Source: Octopus vulgaris
Taxonomy: Eukaryota
Assembly (NCBI GenBank): GCA_951406725.2
Contig: OX597827.1
Location: 80,476,001 to 80,540,000, forward strand
Direction of reading: 5' to 3'
DNA length: 64,000 bases
The position numbers and the translations under genes were made by a program. The number at the start of each line of letters is the position of its first letter. Position 1 is the first letter of the stretch. Below are positions 37,400-52,640 of this stretch, piece by piece. The notes beneath the pieces were generated by a model that was given only the letters and a program-made list of their open reading frames with translations, did not search any database and had not been told where the DNA came from.

Positions 37400-37830
37400 G
37401 CTCTTGGTAACGAATGATGGTGACCTCATAATTACAAGTGGAGATTATAATGGAAAATTGGGTAATACCATGATCGCTTCTGTGGTGTACATGGAAGCAA
37501 TGGGAATGCTGTGAGAAATGAGGATGGATGAAGAGTTGTAGAGTTCTTTGATGTAAACGGCCAAACCACTTTCCTCATTAACTTCAGGAAAGTGATTTGT
37601 TACCTGGTAATTTACCAATCATGTGAACACACAAACCAGAAAGACTTTATTCTGATCAAGAAACAGGATAGGCAGATGGTTCTAAATAAATGCTAAGTCT
37701 TTTTTTGATGAAGAATATATCCCCAAGTAGAGATGAGTGATTGTGAGTTCAGAGCAAGAGCTTGATGGACCAAGAAGCAAAAGACAATTTAAAGAAGGAA
37801 GACATGCAAGCTGAGAAAGTCTTTGGATGG
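37400..37830 (+). mobile_element. Degenerate LINE endonuclease (APE) remnant
   Basis: Broken frames reading GDYNGKLG..GNAVRNEDG..VVEF..NQKDFILIKK, resembling RTE endonuclease GDFN/RNxxG/QIDYIL motifs. Confidence 0.5.
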
Positions 37831-38199
37831 TTGTAAATGGACACTTTTGATACAAAAGTTAGAGAATGATGGAGTACAAATGAAGTGAGGAAAATAACTA
37901 GATATAAGAATGATCAGATGTAGCAAGCAGGAGAGAAGCCCACACTGGTACAGGAATATAATGCATATGGAGTTTGACAGCTGTATAAAGAAGTTCAGGA
38001 TGGAACCTGGGGACAAGGCGAAATGTAGAAAGGTGTGGTGTGATGAAGTCTAATCTCAGGATGTTGAAGCTCATAGAGGAGATGACATAAAGGACTGGGA
38101 TGATTAGAGACATGTGAAACTGGAGAAGACACACATATTCATGCAAGCATGACAGAATCAATGTTCAAATGGTGAGAGTGATGATACAGGATGGGAGGT

Positions 38200-39350
38200 T
38201 TAACGTCTGCTTTCCATGCTGGCATGGGTTGGATGGTTTGACTAAGGACTGGCAAGCCGGAAGGCGGCACCAGGCTCCAATCCGATCTGGCAAGGTTTCT
38301 ACAGCTGGATGTCCTTCCTAATGCCAATCGCTCTGAGAGTGTAGTGAGTGCTTTTTATGTGCCACAAACACAGGCGCCAGTTGGGCAGTACTGGCATTGA
38401 CCATGCTCGAATGGTACTTTTTATGTGCCACCAGCACAGGGGCCAGTCCAGTGGGACTGGCATCAACCACGCTCAAATGGTGCTTTTTTATGTGCACCGG
38501 CACAGGGGCCAGTCAGATGGCCCTGGCATCATCCACAACAATGATTTCACTTGACTCAACAGGTCTTCTCAAGCACAGGATATTGCCCAATGATTGAAAG
38601 GTACTCTTAAATGGGCCAGTTATGCAACACTAGCATAGGCCACAGCTACTGTCTCACTTGGCTTGCCGAGTCTTCTCAAACACAATATATCTCCAAAGGT
38701 CCCAGTTGCTTGTCATTGCCTCCCTGAGGCCCGACGTTCAAAGATCAGGTTTCACCACCTCATCCCATGTCTTCCTGGGTCTACCTCTTTCACAGGTTTC
38801 TTCCACAGTTATGGTGTGACACTTTCTCACACAACTGCTCTCATCCATATACAGCACTTGTTGTCTCTCTTGCACACCACATCTGATGTTGTGCAGTTGT
38901 CTCTCTTGCACACCACATCTGATGCTTCTTATGTCCAACTTTTCTCTCGGGGCACTTACACTCTGTCGTGTGTGCACACTGACATTACACATCCAGTGGA
39001 GCATACTAGCTTCATTTCTTGCAAGCTTACGTATGTCCTCAGTAGTCACAGCCTATGTAGCATGGCTATTTGTACACATGCATCATACAGTCTACCTTTC
39101 ACCCTGAGCTAGAAGTCCTTTGCTACCAGCAGAAGTAGGAGCTCTCCAAACTTTGCCCAGGCTATTTTTATTCTAGCAGCTACACTTTCAGAGCATCTAC
39201 CCCTGCTACTGGATTGGTCCCCTAGGTAACGGAAGCTATCAACTACTTCTAGTTTTTCTCTCTGGCATGTAACGGAAGCTGTTCTCTGCACATTTTCAGT
39301 GTTTCTTGTCCCTGTGCATCTGCCACACACAAAAACTACCCAGTTCCCAG
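38200..39350 (-). mobile_element. 5'-truncated RTE-like LINE with 3'UTR
   Basis: Translations LEVVDSFRYLGD..RIKIAWAKFGELL, RNEASMLHWMCNV, RGRPRKTWDEVVK; frameshifted; continues into the common tail family. Confidence 0.8.
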
Positions 39351-39964
39351 TTCCAACTGACATAAAAAGATAAAAATAATGCATAAGAAATAATTAGAAT
39401 ATAAAAGGTTAATTTTGTAACATAATTTCACTTTCTATATCATCATCATCATCATCGTTTACTGTCTGGCTTTCATGCTGACAACTGGGGTACGATTTGA
39501 TAGGAGCCAGTCAGGCAGAAACCTGCACCAAATTTCTGTCTGTTTTGGCAGTATTTTTACGGCTGGATGCCATTCCTAATACCAACCACCCAGCTGATAT
39601 ATTGTAATAGTTATCATGCATAAAACAGAGGAAAGAATAATTCAACACATCAACTAATGGCTTATTACGAATCCACTTGAATGAAGATATCAATTCAAAA
39701 ATCAAGAAAAATCAATTGATGTTAATATCTATTTAGATGCATATAAGTTATGTCCCTTATCATCGCAAATATTTGAAGAAGAAATAGCAACGTTGAATTT
39801 ATGAGTACAATTCTTGCAAGTTTGCACCAAAGAATCCTTCTTACAGTCTGTATTCCTGGAACAGGAGTCTCAGATTCATTTGGGTTTGTGGGCTGGACCA
39901 GTTATAACAGGCTAGAGTGAGAATTTTTCCAAGAAACTCTATTCATATTGTAGGTCAAAGGCAC

Positions 39965-40200
39965 CATCATCATCATCATCATTATGATTTAACGTCCGTT
40001 TTCCATGCCAGCATGGGTTGGACGGTTTTGACTGAAAACTGGTAAACCCGGGGGGGGGGGGGGGTCCAGTTTGATTTGGCAAGGTTTCTACAGCTGGATA
40101 CCCTTCCTAACACCAACCACTGCAATAGTGTAGTAGGTGCTTTTTACGTACCACCAGCACAAGCACCAGTTACAAAACACAGGCATCAGCCACGACTATT
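39965..40200 (-). mobile_element. Retroelement 3' tail copy containing a G-run
   Basis: (CAT)n + tttaacgtccgttttccatgc consensus. Confidence 0.65.
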
Positions 40201-41016
40201 CAATCATACATTTTAACTTTATAAAGAATAAAGAAGGGAAAGAACATGAGGTGTTCACTAGGAACAACTCATCCACATGCTATATATATATATATATATA
40301 TATATTCTTATTGTTTAAGAATCTTTAGAGTGACAAGAGGAATAGAAGTTATCTCAATGAATGCCTAGAGTCCTTCAGAAAAGAAATGTTTGATAGAAAG
40401 CTTGCATAGTTTCAGATGTAAAACTTTTCAATATCATTCCCCTATCATTTAGAATCCACTTGGACAAACATGTGTAAACTTAAGGGGAACAAATACAGCA
40501 AAAACTGAAGGGAAAAAAACCCCTAAAATTAAAAAAGACTTCTATTTAGTTTGGTGTATACAAAGTGAAGGAAAAATAGGTCCCAACTTTCTGTACATTA
40601 ATTCATAAAATTCGTTTCTGGTATCACCCAAGGTCCACTGATTCCACTAATCAGATCTGGAATCACAACTCTAGTCAGACTCCGACTCTAGAATCATGAT
40701 TCTAATTAGACTCCATCTGTGAATGAATACTAATGAGATATATATGTATATATATATGTAATTTAATTAAACAATGACTTTAAAACACCAATGATCCTCT
40801 TCTCGTTATTAATTATTGCTCCATTTCTTATCCTCTCTCTATATATTAAACCACAGTTTTACCTTTAAATTACCTACTACCTTTTAATATATATACCTTT
40901 TAATAAGGATAAGGACTATACATACTGAGTGCCTACAGATATATCTATCCCTTAGACAGTTGCATAACCAACCCATGCTAGCATGGAAAGCGGACGTTAA
41001 ATGATGATGATGATGA

Positions 41017-41050
<34 letters not shown>

Positions 41051-41172
41051 AGATTAATCAGCCAAAATTGCGAGGATGATCCGGTTCTTTACTGAAGATT
41101 AAAGGCTTCGAATGACCCGTCTGTGTTTTTTGTATCGTCTAACTGGGTGTTTTGCATTCTTGTCCCATTTTG

Positions 41173-41175
<3 letters not shown>

Positions 41176-41232
<57 letters not shown>
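41176..41232. repeat. (TA)n/(CA)n microsatellite
   Basis: Direct reading; other (TA)n tracts at ~20208-20264, 32260-32380, 41019-41048. Confidence 0.9.
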
Positions 41233-41233
<1 letters not shown>

Positions 41234-42344
41234 GTTTTACAAAACATCATCATCATCACTTAACATCTGTTTTCCGTGCTAGCATGGGTTGGATGGTTTG
41301 ACAGAAGCTGACGAGACCAGGAGCCACACCAGTTTCCATTGTCTGTTTCGATATGGTTTCTACAGCTGGATGCTCTTCCTAACACCAACCACTTTACAGA
41401 GTGTACTGGGCGCTCTTTATGTGGCACCAGCACCAATGCTTTTTACTTGTACCAGCTCTGGAAATGTTTATGTGGTACCAGCATCAACAGGGTCATCAAG
41501 TACCTTGAAAAGCAAAACCACCTCAACTGAGAGCTGGGAGTAATATTGAGGGGTCGTAGCTTTGTGCTAGTTGAAAGATTTAAGGTATAATGGGGACAGA
41601 TATAGGTGTTTTGCTGTAGAGTAGATACATGGCCACTCCAGCTGGAAAACAAAGGAGTGTGAGATAAAGAGAATGATAGAGAGAGAGGTGATGGCAAAGA
41701 TGCATCAGAACAGGGCCGTTGAGGGACATTGTGGGTGGTGAAAATAGGTGAGGTGATGTAGAGGGTTAGGCTGAGTGAATTGGCAAGATGAAGTAACTGT
41801 AGCAAATGAAGGAGAAAAATATGGGAGAGGCTTAGGGGGTAGGGGTTGCAGTAGAGGAGGGCATAGGGCATTGAGGGTGATAGCAGGTAAGCGAGGAGTT
41901 GATGACGGAGAGCAATAGAAGGAAGGGACAGGAGGTGCAGAAAGGAGGTGGTTTGTGGGGGAAGTAAAGTAACGGGAGGAAGAGAGCCTGGCTGAGACTA
42001 AACACTGCAGGCAAGATCCAGCCATGCCAGACACCTCTGGTCTTTTGAAATTGATGCAACCCCACCTCTTTGTTAAGCATCTTAACAAAAAATAACAGTA
42101 TTTTAAGTTGGTTATTTAGAGAGTTAAATATAAAACATATTAACTTTGGTAGAATTAATAGTTTATACAGAACAACATCTTTAATCTGTATACAACAACT
42201 TTAATCTTTTAATCTATCTATATTATTGAGATATTGAGATATACAACTGTGTACAGTGGTGGGGATTCTAAATTAAATAGCATTAAAAGACAAGAGAGAT
42301 TTCTTTCATTGGATATGAGACAATCTATTACTACCTTTGCACAT

Positions 42345-42562
42345 ATCATCATCATCATCGTTTAACGTCCGCTTTCCATGCTAGCATGGGTTAGATGGTT
42401 CGACTGGGGTCTGGGAAGCCAGGAGGCTGCACTAGGCTCCAATCTGATCTGGCAGAGTTTCTACAGCTGGATGCCCTTCCTAACGCCAACCACTCTGAGA
42501 GTGTAGTGGGTGCTTTTTATGTGCCACCAGCACAGGGGCCAGAGTGGGCTGGCAATGGCCAT
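42345..42562 (-). mobile_element. Retroelement/SINE-like 3' tail copy
   Basis: Same family as 11237 and 38200. Confidence 0.7.
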
Positions 42563-43859
42563 AATTGGTTGGTGCAAAATCTTACACTGATCCTCTGTTT
42601 TAAATATGAATACTTGTACTTCACAGCTTTCAAGACAGTTTTAACAGTCACTCTATACTGTTCAATAATTCAAATTTTATTTGTTTGTATGTAAACATCA
42701 TCTCTTTAAAGGGAGTCACACTAGAACAGTCTGTCTGAATCTTAAGTATATTTTATCAATAACCACTAACCTCATATTTATATCTGTTTGCAACACACAA
42801 TTTGTAATATTTCTCAAGTTTTAAGACAATTCATAGAAATATTTGTAGCTTTTATATTAAAGAAGAATGTTTCTGCTTCCTGAAAAGTATGAGTTTGACT
42901 CTAGTTTCTATAAACCCCTATCAAATATAAGCAATCAGTGAATCACTGCACGTATCATTCAATGTTCATGTATATCAAAAAAGTTCCTAAAATTCTGAGA
43001 TTTATGGCAAAAGTTATTGTTCTGAAACTATCACATTTGATAATGTTTGTAAAGACAGTTCAGTAATAAAGATTTGAATAGGACCAGGTTGGAATTGAAA
43101 ATAGAACCATTTTAAAGATTCAGAAAGAAAGGTAATGATGAAAGAAAAGAATATCAAAAAAGGTTCACAATGGTCATTTTATAAATATGCTTTTTATACT
43201 AGCCTCTGTGGAGTAGCACTGTTAAATAATGAATCTCTCAGATCAGAAGAATGGCAAGAGAATAATTATGTTGATGATGGTGATAATGGTAATAATCATA
43301 ATGATGATGATGATGAATAGCTTTCAATTTTAATTGTAGACATAATATTCAAAATACACATCAACTTCCATTTCTGTAAAATTATAGCTTTAATCTCAAA
43401 AAAAACCCCAAAAATTCATAACTAAATATTGGAATGGACAGCATAAAAAACAATTCAAAATTGTGACTACAAAGAATTTATAAGGGGAAGAAAAATAGGA
43501 GAGTCATGTTTAAAAAGAAATAAAATGTTACTCTGACTTACAAATATGCTTTGGACACAAACACATGCAATATCAATATTTTCTACATTAAGTCTTTGTA
43601 ATTTTACAGTCACTTACAACATGCCAACATTTCTAGTCACTGCTTGGCAGCTGTGAATCTTAATTTGTCCACCATTACTGTTCACTAAAATGTATACCCC
43701 ACCATTATTACACCACTGCTCGCAAGTGATAGATTATACCCAAATTTAAAGATACTGTAGAATACTTCTGCATATTTTATATCTAACACCTTGACATAAC
43801 TTTCATTTAACCATCTACTATATAAACAATATAACATCTTCTGCACAACAAAAAAAAAC

Positions 43860-43890
<31 letters not shown>

Positions 43891-44140
43891 TCGCAGCACT
43901 ATGTTATAAGCATACAAATAGTATTGTCTAACTACGGGACATTTTAACCAATTTCATTTAAGTAATTGGGGTATAAAACAATATTCTCAACATTACTGAG
44001 AAATATGTGTGAATTATTGCTTTATGTCTTTGTTCTCCTGTTAATATTAAATATGCTAGAATATCTTAAAGATTAAGTAATATTCATCATATAAAATAAA
44101 AACATTATAAGATTATAAAAGAGATTAAAGAGAAACTTAC

Positions 44141-44378
44141 CTTTTTGATAATTATATCATTGGTTATTCAGTGAGAAAGAGAAAGATGTATTGTTGTAGA
44201 AAGATCCATTGTAAGTGCTGCTGTAATGGTGTGACAATGGCTGTTATGGTGATGGAGTAGTGTAGCACGTCAGGCAGAGAGTCTGCTGCTAGGAGAGGGT
44301 TGCATGTGTCACTGAAGTTGTATGTTTTCTGGGAGTACGTCCATCTGATAATGTATTTATCTTTAAAGATGATGTTTG
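44141..44378 (-). other. Leader exon copy E (for gene 4)
   Basis: Conserved core, AG|GTAAGT donor at 44140. Confidence 0.7.
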
Positions 44379-44497
44379 TTTCCTGGTATCAATGATTATT
44401 TAAATATTTGTATATATATATATGTTTGTGTAAATGCAATATTCTATTGTTAAACATTAGTGACTGGTTTAATAACATCAGTAATGTGGATGGTAAT

Positions 44498-44568
44498 CTT
44501 TGTCAGTGATTTCTTTCTATGTTTCAGTGAGAATCTGATTGGTTGAATGATCGTGACAGAAAACCAAT
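44498..44568 (-). promoter_or_regulatory. Candidate promoter module E
   Basis: ctttgtcagtgat; ctgattgg 44535-44542; ccaat 44564-44568. Confidence 0.6.
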
Positions 44569-45633
44569 GGAGATACCCTATTTAATATTGATTTCAGTAA
44601 GCAAAGCACTTCAGACAAGGAAGAAAGTGAGATTGTGTGATGTTCATCTTTTCACATGATGATTATAGAGAATTATAATTATCTTAATGTTTAATTATAT
44701 TTTCTTGAGTCTAATGTTAATTTCCTTATTTAAATTCTTATATATTTATACTTACATATTGCATATAGTTAAATTAAATGAAATAAAGAAGCTGCGATTA
44801 CTAACATTTACAAAAGATTTATAGCATCATATCTATATTAATATATAATAATAGTAATAATAATAATAATACTAAATCTTTTCTGCTATAGGAACAAGGC
44901 CTTAAATTTGTGGGGAGGAGGCGAGTCAATCAAACCCCGTAGCAACTGGTACTTAGTTCATCAAGCCCGAAAGGATGAAAGGCAAAGTAGACTTCAGTGA
45001 AATTTGAACTCAGAATGTAGAATAGCAATAACAGAAATAATAATACTGGACATGGGCAGAGAGATACAAATTTGTGATGAATGTGTAATAAATTAACCAG
45101 ATTACTCTACTTAACTGGTAATATATTTTATAAACATCAAAAGAATAAAAAGAAAAGTAAATTCTGAGAGTATTTAAATTAAGATCTATCAGGATTGACT
45201 TTGATTTTTATGGTCTACACAAGAAGTGCCATACAAATCCTGGGGGAGATTAGATGAACTATATCTATCTTCAAGGAGCAATAATCGTGTGGTAATCTCA
45301 GAATTCCTAAATAAATAACATTTGTCAAAAACAGAAAAGAACACAGTTTTGCCGTTTAATATAAGGTATTTTCAATTAAGTATAAAGATATATTGCTTGA
45401 TACTGATATAAACCAAACCTAATACGATGATAAAACAGGAACATATAGACATATAGGAAATCTATTCATTAACGTAACTTCTGTTTACTTATCAGAATAA
45501 CAGCTTAATTGTTGACAACCCTGTCATTACATTTATATAGCACTATTCAGTATGTATAATAATGAGTGTTCATTTTGAGATTGCATGTGTAATGATTGGA
45601 ATATGTTGTAGTCAGATGAGTTCAGTATTTGGA

Positions 45634-45710
45634 TTAGACATGTTTCACTGGTGTTTCTTCACTGGAATCTTTCGAAGCAGATGCATCGTTGTTTTTATAT
45701 AAACTTTGCT
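45634..45710 (-). CDS. Pcdh: Protocadherin gene 5, terminal coding exon (EQSLYKNNDASASKDSSEETPVKHV*)
   Basis: TTTCAG acceptor, 77 nt to stop. Confidence 0.8.
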
Positions 45711-45850
45711 CTGAAATTCAAATGAAAGTAGATTTTGCCAGGATATCAATATGTTAATACATGGAAAAAATTGTGACATTATGTTTACAGTGTACAGCAA
45801 TTTGTACTTCTTAAAATTATTTGCAAAGTATTGCTAATACAGCTATTAAC

Positions 45851-46004
45851 CTGATACTCCTGGTATTTCTTCGTAATGTTTCAAGTCCCCATGTCTACCA
45901 CTTCTCTTGGATGACATTGTATCTGATGTATAGTTACAAACCATAGTAGCATTATCTTCCACAGCATCATCACTTGATGTCACCACAACAGGTTGACAGT
46001 ATTT
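45851..46004 (-). CDS. Pcdh: Protocadherin gene 5, cytoplasmic exon
   Basis: 154-nt exon; donor GTTAAT. Confidence 0.85.
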
Positions 46005-46176
46005 CTGTTGACAAACAAACGATAAAGAAATGTGAGAAGACACCAAACAATGGAAGTTACAATCAACATGGAGAGAGAACAATTTAATATTGGAATGTAT
46101 TATTGAAGTTAAAACATATTCAAAGAGATTTCATTGTTCACTTTTACAGAGAGAAGAATGTAATGTTTCCACTTAC

Positions 46177-48552
46177 TGGGGTAGGTTTTGGTAAAGTTCT
46201 CGACTGAACTGAAGATTCATATTTGTTCTGTAGCTGACCTTCTGCATAACATTCACTCTTGGATCTCTCAGAATAGATATTCCGCTTCACCATCTCTTCT
46301 GCATTCCTCGACATAGCAACAGAAGTGTTAGTCTGGTACAACAATTGTTTCATCTCTGCTCTACCTTGGTAGGCTGTATTCTTTGTGGCAGCAGCTGTGT
46401 TATCTCTGTGTTTAATACATTTCATAATACACAGCGTTATAGAAACAACAATAGCCACTGATATTATTACTGCTGATGATACAATGATAATAACCCATGT
46501 CATATGGACCCGACCTGAAGATTGTAAAGGTCCACTTTTTGACATTGGTGATGTCTCATTACTAACAGCCAATACCAAAGTGACACTAGTTGTTGACGAC
46601 TGAACTGGACTACCACTGTCCTTCACAACAAACACCAGCCCATAACTTCCAGCATCATTTAGATAAACTTGTCTGGAGAAGGATAAAGCACCACTGTGTG
46701 AGTTCATACTAAACAACTGTTTATCATTTCCTTGTATGATTGCATATCTGAGGAAAGCATTGTTTCCACTGTCCCCATCAGACGCTCTCAACACTGTGAT
46801 GTCACTCTTACTCTGCGGATGGTACTGCACATTTAGCGTGTAAGGGTCACTACTAGGATATGTAAAATACGGAGCATTGTCATTTTGATCTAGAATCTCA
46901 ACAACAACATTCGCTGTGTCATTCAGAGATGGGCTTCCATTATCTTTGACAAAAACCTCAAACTTATACACATCTTGTTTCTCTCTGTCCAATGACATGG
47001 TCGCTGAAATGAAGCCATAACTGGTGATGAGAAATGGGAGATTGGATTTTTCTTTACGCAGCAGAGAATATGTGAGTTGTCCAGCAGATCCAAGATCAGG
47101 GTCAGTGGCATTGACAAAACCAATAGGGAAGTCTTTATCTTTGTTTTCGTAGGTGAGGAATTGGAATGTATCTTTGGTAAACTGTGGTTGTACATCGTTG
47201 ATGTCAGTCACTTGGATAGAGAGGCTTTTAACACTTTTGAGAGGAGGTAATCCTTTATCTTGACAGGAGACAGGAATGTTATAGTGTCCTTGTGTTTCTC
47301 TGTCCACTGATTTGTTTAGAATGATTTTGTATTCTTTAGATCCCATTGACTGTAGTTTGAATGTATCATGTTTGATATCACAGCTGACCTCTCCATTTTG
47401 TCCCACATCATTGTCAGTGACCATCACATAAGCAATGAAACTACCAACTTTGATGTTTTCAGAAATGGTAGCTGTGTTGTCATTGATTGCATTAACATAA
47501 TCAATATCAATAGATGGAGGATTATTGTGTTGGTTGATAACATTTACCAAAACTGTAGCTATAGAACTAAAGGGTGGACTGCCTCCATCCCTGGCTTCTA
47601 TAAACAATTCATAAGTTTTTTTTTTACTCAGACTAGTATATTTATTTAATAAAATGCTTCCACTGGTTTCATTTAAGTGAAAATAGCTTTCTGCTATATC
47701 TGATGTCTTTGGACTGAAATGGAAAGTAATTTTACCATTTTCACCAGCATCAGCATCAGTTACAGACAAAACAATGATGGGTTTGGATTTGTGATGTGTA
47801 CTTTGTATGGATATATTATAGAGAGGTTTAGAAAACTCAGGTGGGTTATCATTAACATCTATTACAGAAATATTTATATTCAAAATTCCTTGTTTTGCTG
47901 GTGACCCTCCATCTTTAGCTATGACCTGTAATAAATATGTATCTTTGATTTCTCTGTCTAATGATTCTTTTAAAACTATGTTAAGAGAAGAAATACCATC
48001 AGCTCTTTTAGACACTGACAGAGAGAATGGTTCTCCATTCTTTGATCGTAATTTATATTGTATTAAGGAATTTTGAAATCCTATATCTTTGTCCATAGCA
48101 TTGGGTATTGATCTTTTTGCACCTTTACCAATGTCTTCATCAAACTCTATGTTGACATTTCTCATAGGAAACTCTGGTTCATGGTCATTGATATCTTCTA
48201 TTACTATCTTGATTTTTAATATTTTTGAAACACTGGTTCCTTTATTGACAACCACCTTCATAGTTCTGGAACATTCTTTGTTGAATGTGCAGAGATCTTC
48301 TGCATCCAGTGTCTGAGCAGTGTACAGTTTACCTGTTTTGGTGATGTTAAATAACTGTGCCACCTTTCGTTTGAATTGACTGAATGTTATCAAATGTTGG
48401 TCAGATGGTTTAACATTGTCTAAGAGTTTAGAATCGGCAGCAATGTCTGCTACATATGTTCCTGGACTTCTCTCTTCTTCCACGTGGTAGGTAAGGTCTA
48501 TGGTCAGGACACAGTGGACCATTGACAATACAATAGACACTGACAAGAACAT
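46177..48552 (-). CDS. Pcdh: Protocadherin gene 5, main exon
   Basis: Six cadherin repeats + TM; acceptor with exon start at 48604; donor at 46176. Confidence 0.95.
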
Positions 48553-51500
48553 GCTGTTCTGGAGTGATTGTACACTTCAGGCTATCAAGAAATGTTGTTT
48601 GAACCTAAAATAGAAATAAAATTCATTGAACAATTGTAACATGAAATGAACTAAAGATTAAAATATACAGTTATTGTTGAAATAATAGGAAATAAGAATG
48701 TATTACTTCATGATGGTATACTGAAAGCATAAATCAAATAACTTGTTTCAATGTATTTACAAGATTGAAAAACACATTAGCAGCTAGGTAATCCATGAAG
48801 CTGGGATGAGATAACTACATTCTTTAATATGAAAACAATTATCGATAAAACCTTAAAAAAGAATATGCTCCAAAAATGTAGAGCTTATATTTAGGTCTGA
48901 TCTGTACACAGTAGGTATTTTGCGCTTGGATTTCTGCAACTGAATAAAGAAGCAAAAGCTGATATGAGATTAGAACATGTCTTATTTTGGTGTCAATGTT
49001 GAAATACTGTTTGTTCTGAGACCCATGAAATTTAATGGTGTGAGGACTGGAGAGCAGACTACTCTGACATACACAATTTTTGATTGATAAGGTAATAAAA
49101 GCAAAGTATCCTACTCTGGAATGCACAACATCATCCAATCTCTCTCTTGTCTTGTTTTGAGACAGCATTCACCCGGGGTGGGTTGAGCTGGATTCATTCC
49201 TCCTCAATGCTGCTTCTCTCACAAACACCGACTAGACATGGCAATTTGAGGCTAACAACCGTGTGATCGCCAACCACTCCTTATTCCAGCGGCGAACACC
49301 GTAGATATGGGGGCCTAAGTTGGGTTCCAGATCTGGAACCAGCAATCTCTCTCTCTCATTATGAACCATCTATAACTTTACACAGTCCTCTTCAGCTGAT
49401 ATCAAATTGTTCATCATACTCATACTTCACTTAGGCCTAATCCATAAGCAGCCACAAAATTTCGAAGCAGACATGTATTTCCTTCATGATTAAAAACTTT
49501 GAAACCCTCCTGAAAAACAGTAACCTGTGTTTGATGACATGGGGGATAATGTGAACTTGTACATACAATTTTACTGAATATGTGAATTAATCAAATTAAT
49601 TCTCACCTAATCAACTACTAGTGTGCTAATATATTAACCAGCATACTTAATCAGTGATAATTCTGATTACACAAAAACTAAGACCCCTTTCTATAATTTG
49701 ATACTTGCACATCAGTTCTACGAATGCCGTCGTGAACAGAAGGGACCATTCAACATATAATGCCACATAAAGAACATCTACTTAAATCATTATCAATACA
49801 ACAATTCAGTCTACACATGGAGACCATTCCATTATATATTTGTTGCTACATGAAGAACAGAAATCCACCACCTTTCAGTTAGCCTTCAGCTTTTAACTTC
49901 ACAACACTCTCGTATACTCTCATGAACAGTATAAGTACAGACTTAACTTTTATAGATACACACATGTATACTTATATACAGATGCCACACATATTCACAA
50001 TTAGTGGCCGGTGATCAAGGAGAAAATGTATTCCATCTGCTATTTTCTACAAATCAAAAGTTCTTAAATTAAACGTGCATCTTTCTAGAATACTATGAAT
50101 ATATATTTTATACAACCTCAAAGTCCTCAGAGCCTGACAAAATTACAAATATGTATTTGAAACATAAATGGCCAGAAGAGGTGGTTGCCATCTCCAGCAT
50201 CTTCAACTATTTATACCAACACTACTAATACTCCAGCATGTAGAGACTGGGTAGAATTATAATCCAATCTAACAGAAGAAACATTACACAGATTTACTCT
50301 TCTCAGATGCAAACCTAAAAACAAACAGATTCCTTATTGTCTCTACTGAAACATTTTTCTTTCAAACTTACAACATGCATTTCAAACACTACACTGAACT
50401 CCTCCACTCTCAAACCTCACATGGTGTCTGATGATTTAAGCAACAGTAATCAAAACACATTATGATCACCACCACTAATTTAAGCAAAACATTTGAATCA
50501 AAGAATTATTTTTATAACTATTATCTTTGGTAAAAGAGAAATAAACTTCAGTTTAGTCTGACATTCTCATTTCATAGTTTTTCTTTGAAGCATCTTGGTG
50601 ATACTGCTTTAACAGAGATTAAGTCAGAGGTATGTTCTTTATCACAGGAAATGTTATCCTTAACAATAATAATAGTTTCAATACTTCAGAAACCATTCCA
50701 AAAGGTTCCACAGCATCGTCCTTAACCATAGACTAACTTCATATACCTTACTTCTATAGCTGTCTTGATTCTCGTCTGTTCAATTCGACGAAGGATCAAA
50801 TTGATCCATTCATATTTCTTACCATTTTCCACTGATTAAAATTAGAGTGATAAGGATGATGGGGTGGGTTGAACAGGAAGGACTCAGTACTGTCTCATGT
50901 TACAAGGGTGCATACGGCCAGATAAATAGGGTGGAGAGTGGATGAAGGAGAAATAGCTTGAGATGGACCGTATCAGTGAAATAAAGAGAGGTGAGGGGTG
51001 TCATGGAAATGAAGAGGAACCAGACGAAGGGTGTTGAAGTGGTGAAGAAGCTACCAGGGCTGGGCAAAATATTTGTATAAATGCTTGGATGATTGGGTTT
51101 GTGTAATTGTTTGTACTTATGGCACATTTGTGCACCTAAATAGGCGCCTGGCATCTTGCAGGGATTTTTCTCAACCAGTAAGACAAACTTTCTCCATATT
51201 TCGTGACTTCTAACACATTATTTTACACATCTAGAGCATTTCTTTCCTTTTCTTCCTTCAAAACCATTTTAAATGAAGAAATTTATGCCATCTCCTTTAA
51301 TCCATTGTCAAACACAAATCTCAGTCAAGCTTTCAGTTTCCACATAATGTGAGATTAAAGATTATCTCTTTGTTCCGAAACTACTTGTGATTATGTTTAG
51401 AAAGCAAAGTCACTAATGAAGATATGACTGATCCTAATCATAAACTGGAGTCACATTTGCTTTAAGAATCACAGACAAAGTAAAAGTCTTCAGAGAATAT

Positions 51501-52640
51501 ATTAAAGGAATTAAATTGTAGAATCTAACTTAATAACAAACAATTTAAACCAATGTTTACAATTAGGGCTGCCAAATGATAACGAGCAACTCTGATTGCA
51601 ATTGAATGACAAGAAAATAAGTAACAAAAGCTGGTTAAGACGTGAATTAAATATCTTATGAGAATCAAGGCTAAAGTGAATTAGTTTAAGATTTCCATGA
51701 CTAGAAATTATTAATAGTTAGAGTTTAAGTATTTCATACAAGAAGCTATATGTTTAAATATTATTACGAAAGATATCAGACAATACAGTGATGATGATGA
51801 TGATGTTGATAGGTTGCTTTTAATTTGATATGCAAATCGAATTTATAAATTAAATACACTCTACTTTTAATTAAAGTCACATATTTATAACATTATCAAA
51901 ATATCTGATAAATACTAAGGATGCAGTATAGAATATGTTAGAAAATTTATACAGAAATTATACACAAAAAAAAAATAAGAAGCAGCTGAATTAAGATGAC
52001 ATGTTTGAAATTCCAATTTCCTGACAAACACAGATACAAATAATAATGAAAGATATGCAACATATAATGGTATTGTCTATATACATACATAAATATATGT
52101 ATATATATATTCAGTTACAAACATAGCTAGTCCTTTTATTGTCTTCTGCAGCACGACACCATTGTTGTTCACTCGTCACACATTTTAATCTTAATACGTC
52201 TGCCATTATCCCTGAGCAAAATTTCTAACACATCACTTCATCATTTCTAATAATCTACACACTTACAGCCATTTCAAACTCTTGGCAAAATATTGTTTAA
52301 TATCTCTTTATTTAATATCTTCACATCTCTTTCGCATACTATTTGCTATATATTCACAACAAAAAGACGCACTCCATCACTACATTATATACACAGTTGC
52401 TTATTGTTACTGACCAATATATAAAACAAATATTATTTAGGAACGCATAATATTGTTTCAATGAAGTAAAGTCTAAATATTAATCATTTCAAACAGCATT
52501 TTCCAATTAATTTTCATATAAAACAATATGGACGCTATTATATTGTCTGTATTAGTTATTGTTTGTGGAGTAATATCTCACAGATTTGGTGAGTGATAAT
52601 AAATTAAAATGAGATTATAAAAGATTAAATAGAGACTTAC

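Noticed and set aside
50900-51154. Possible Penelope-like RT remnant (duplicated at 59085-59339)
   Set aside because: Resemblance is too faint to support without an HMM or Dfam search.
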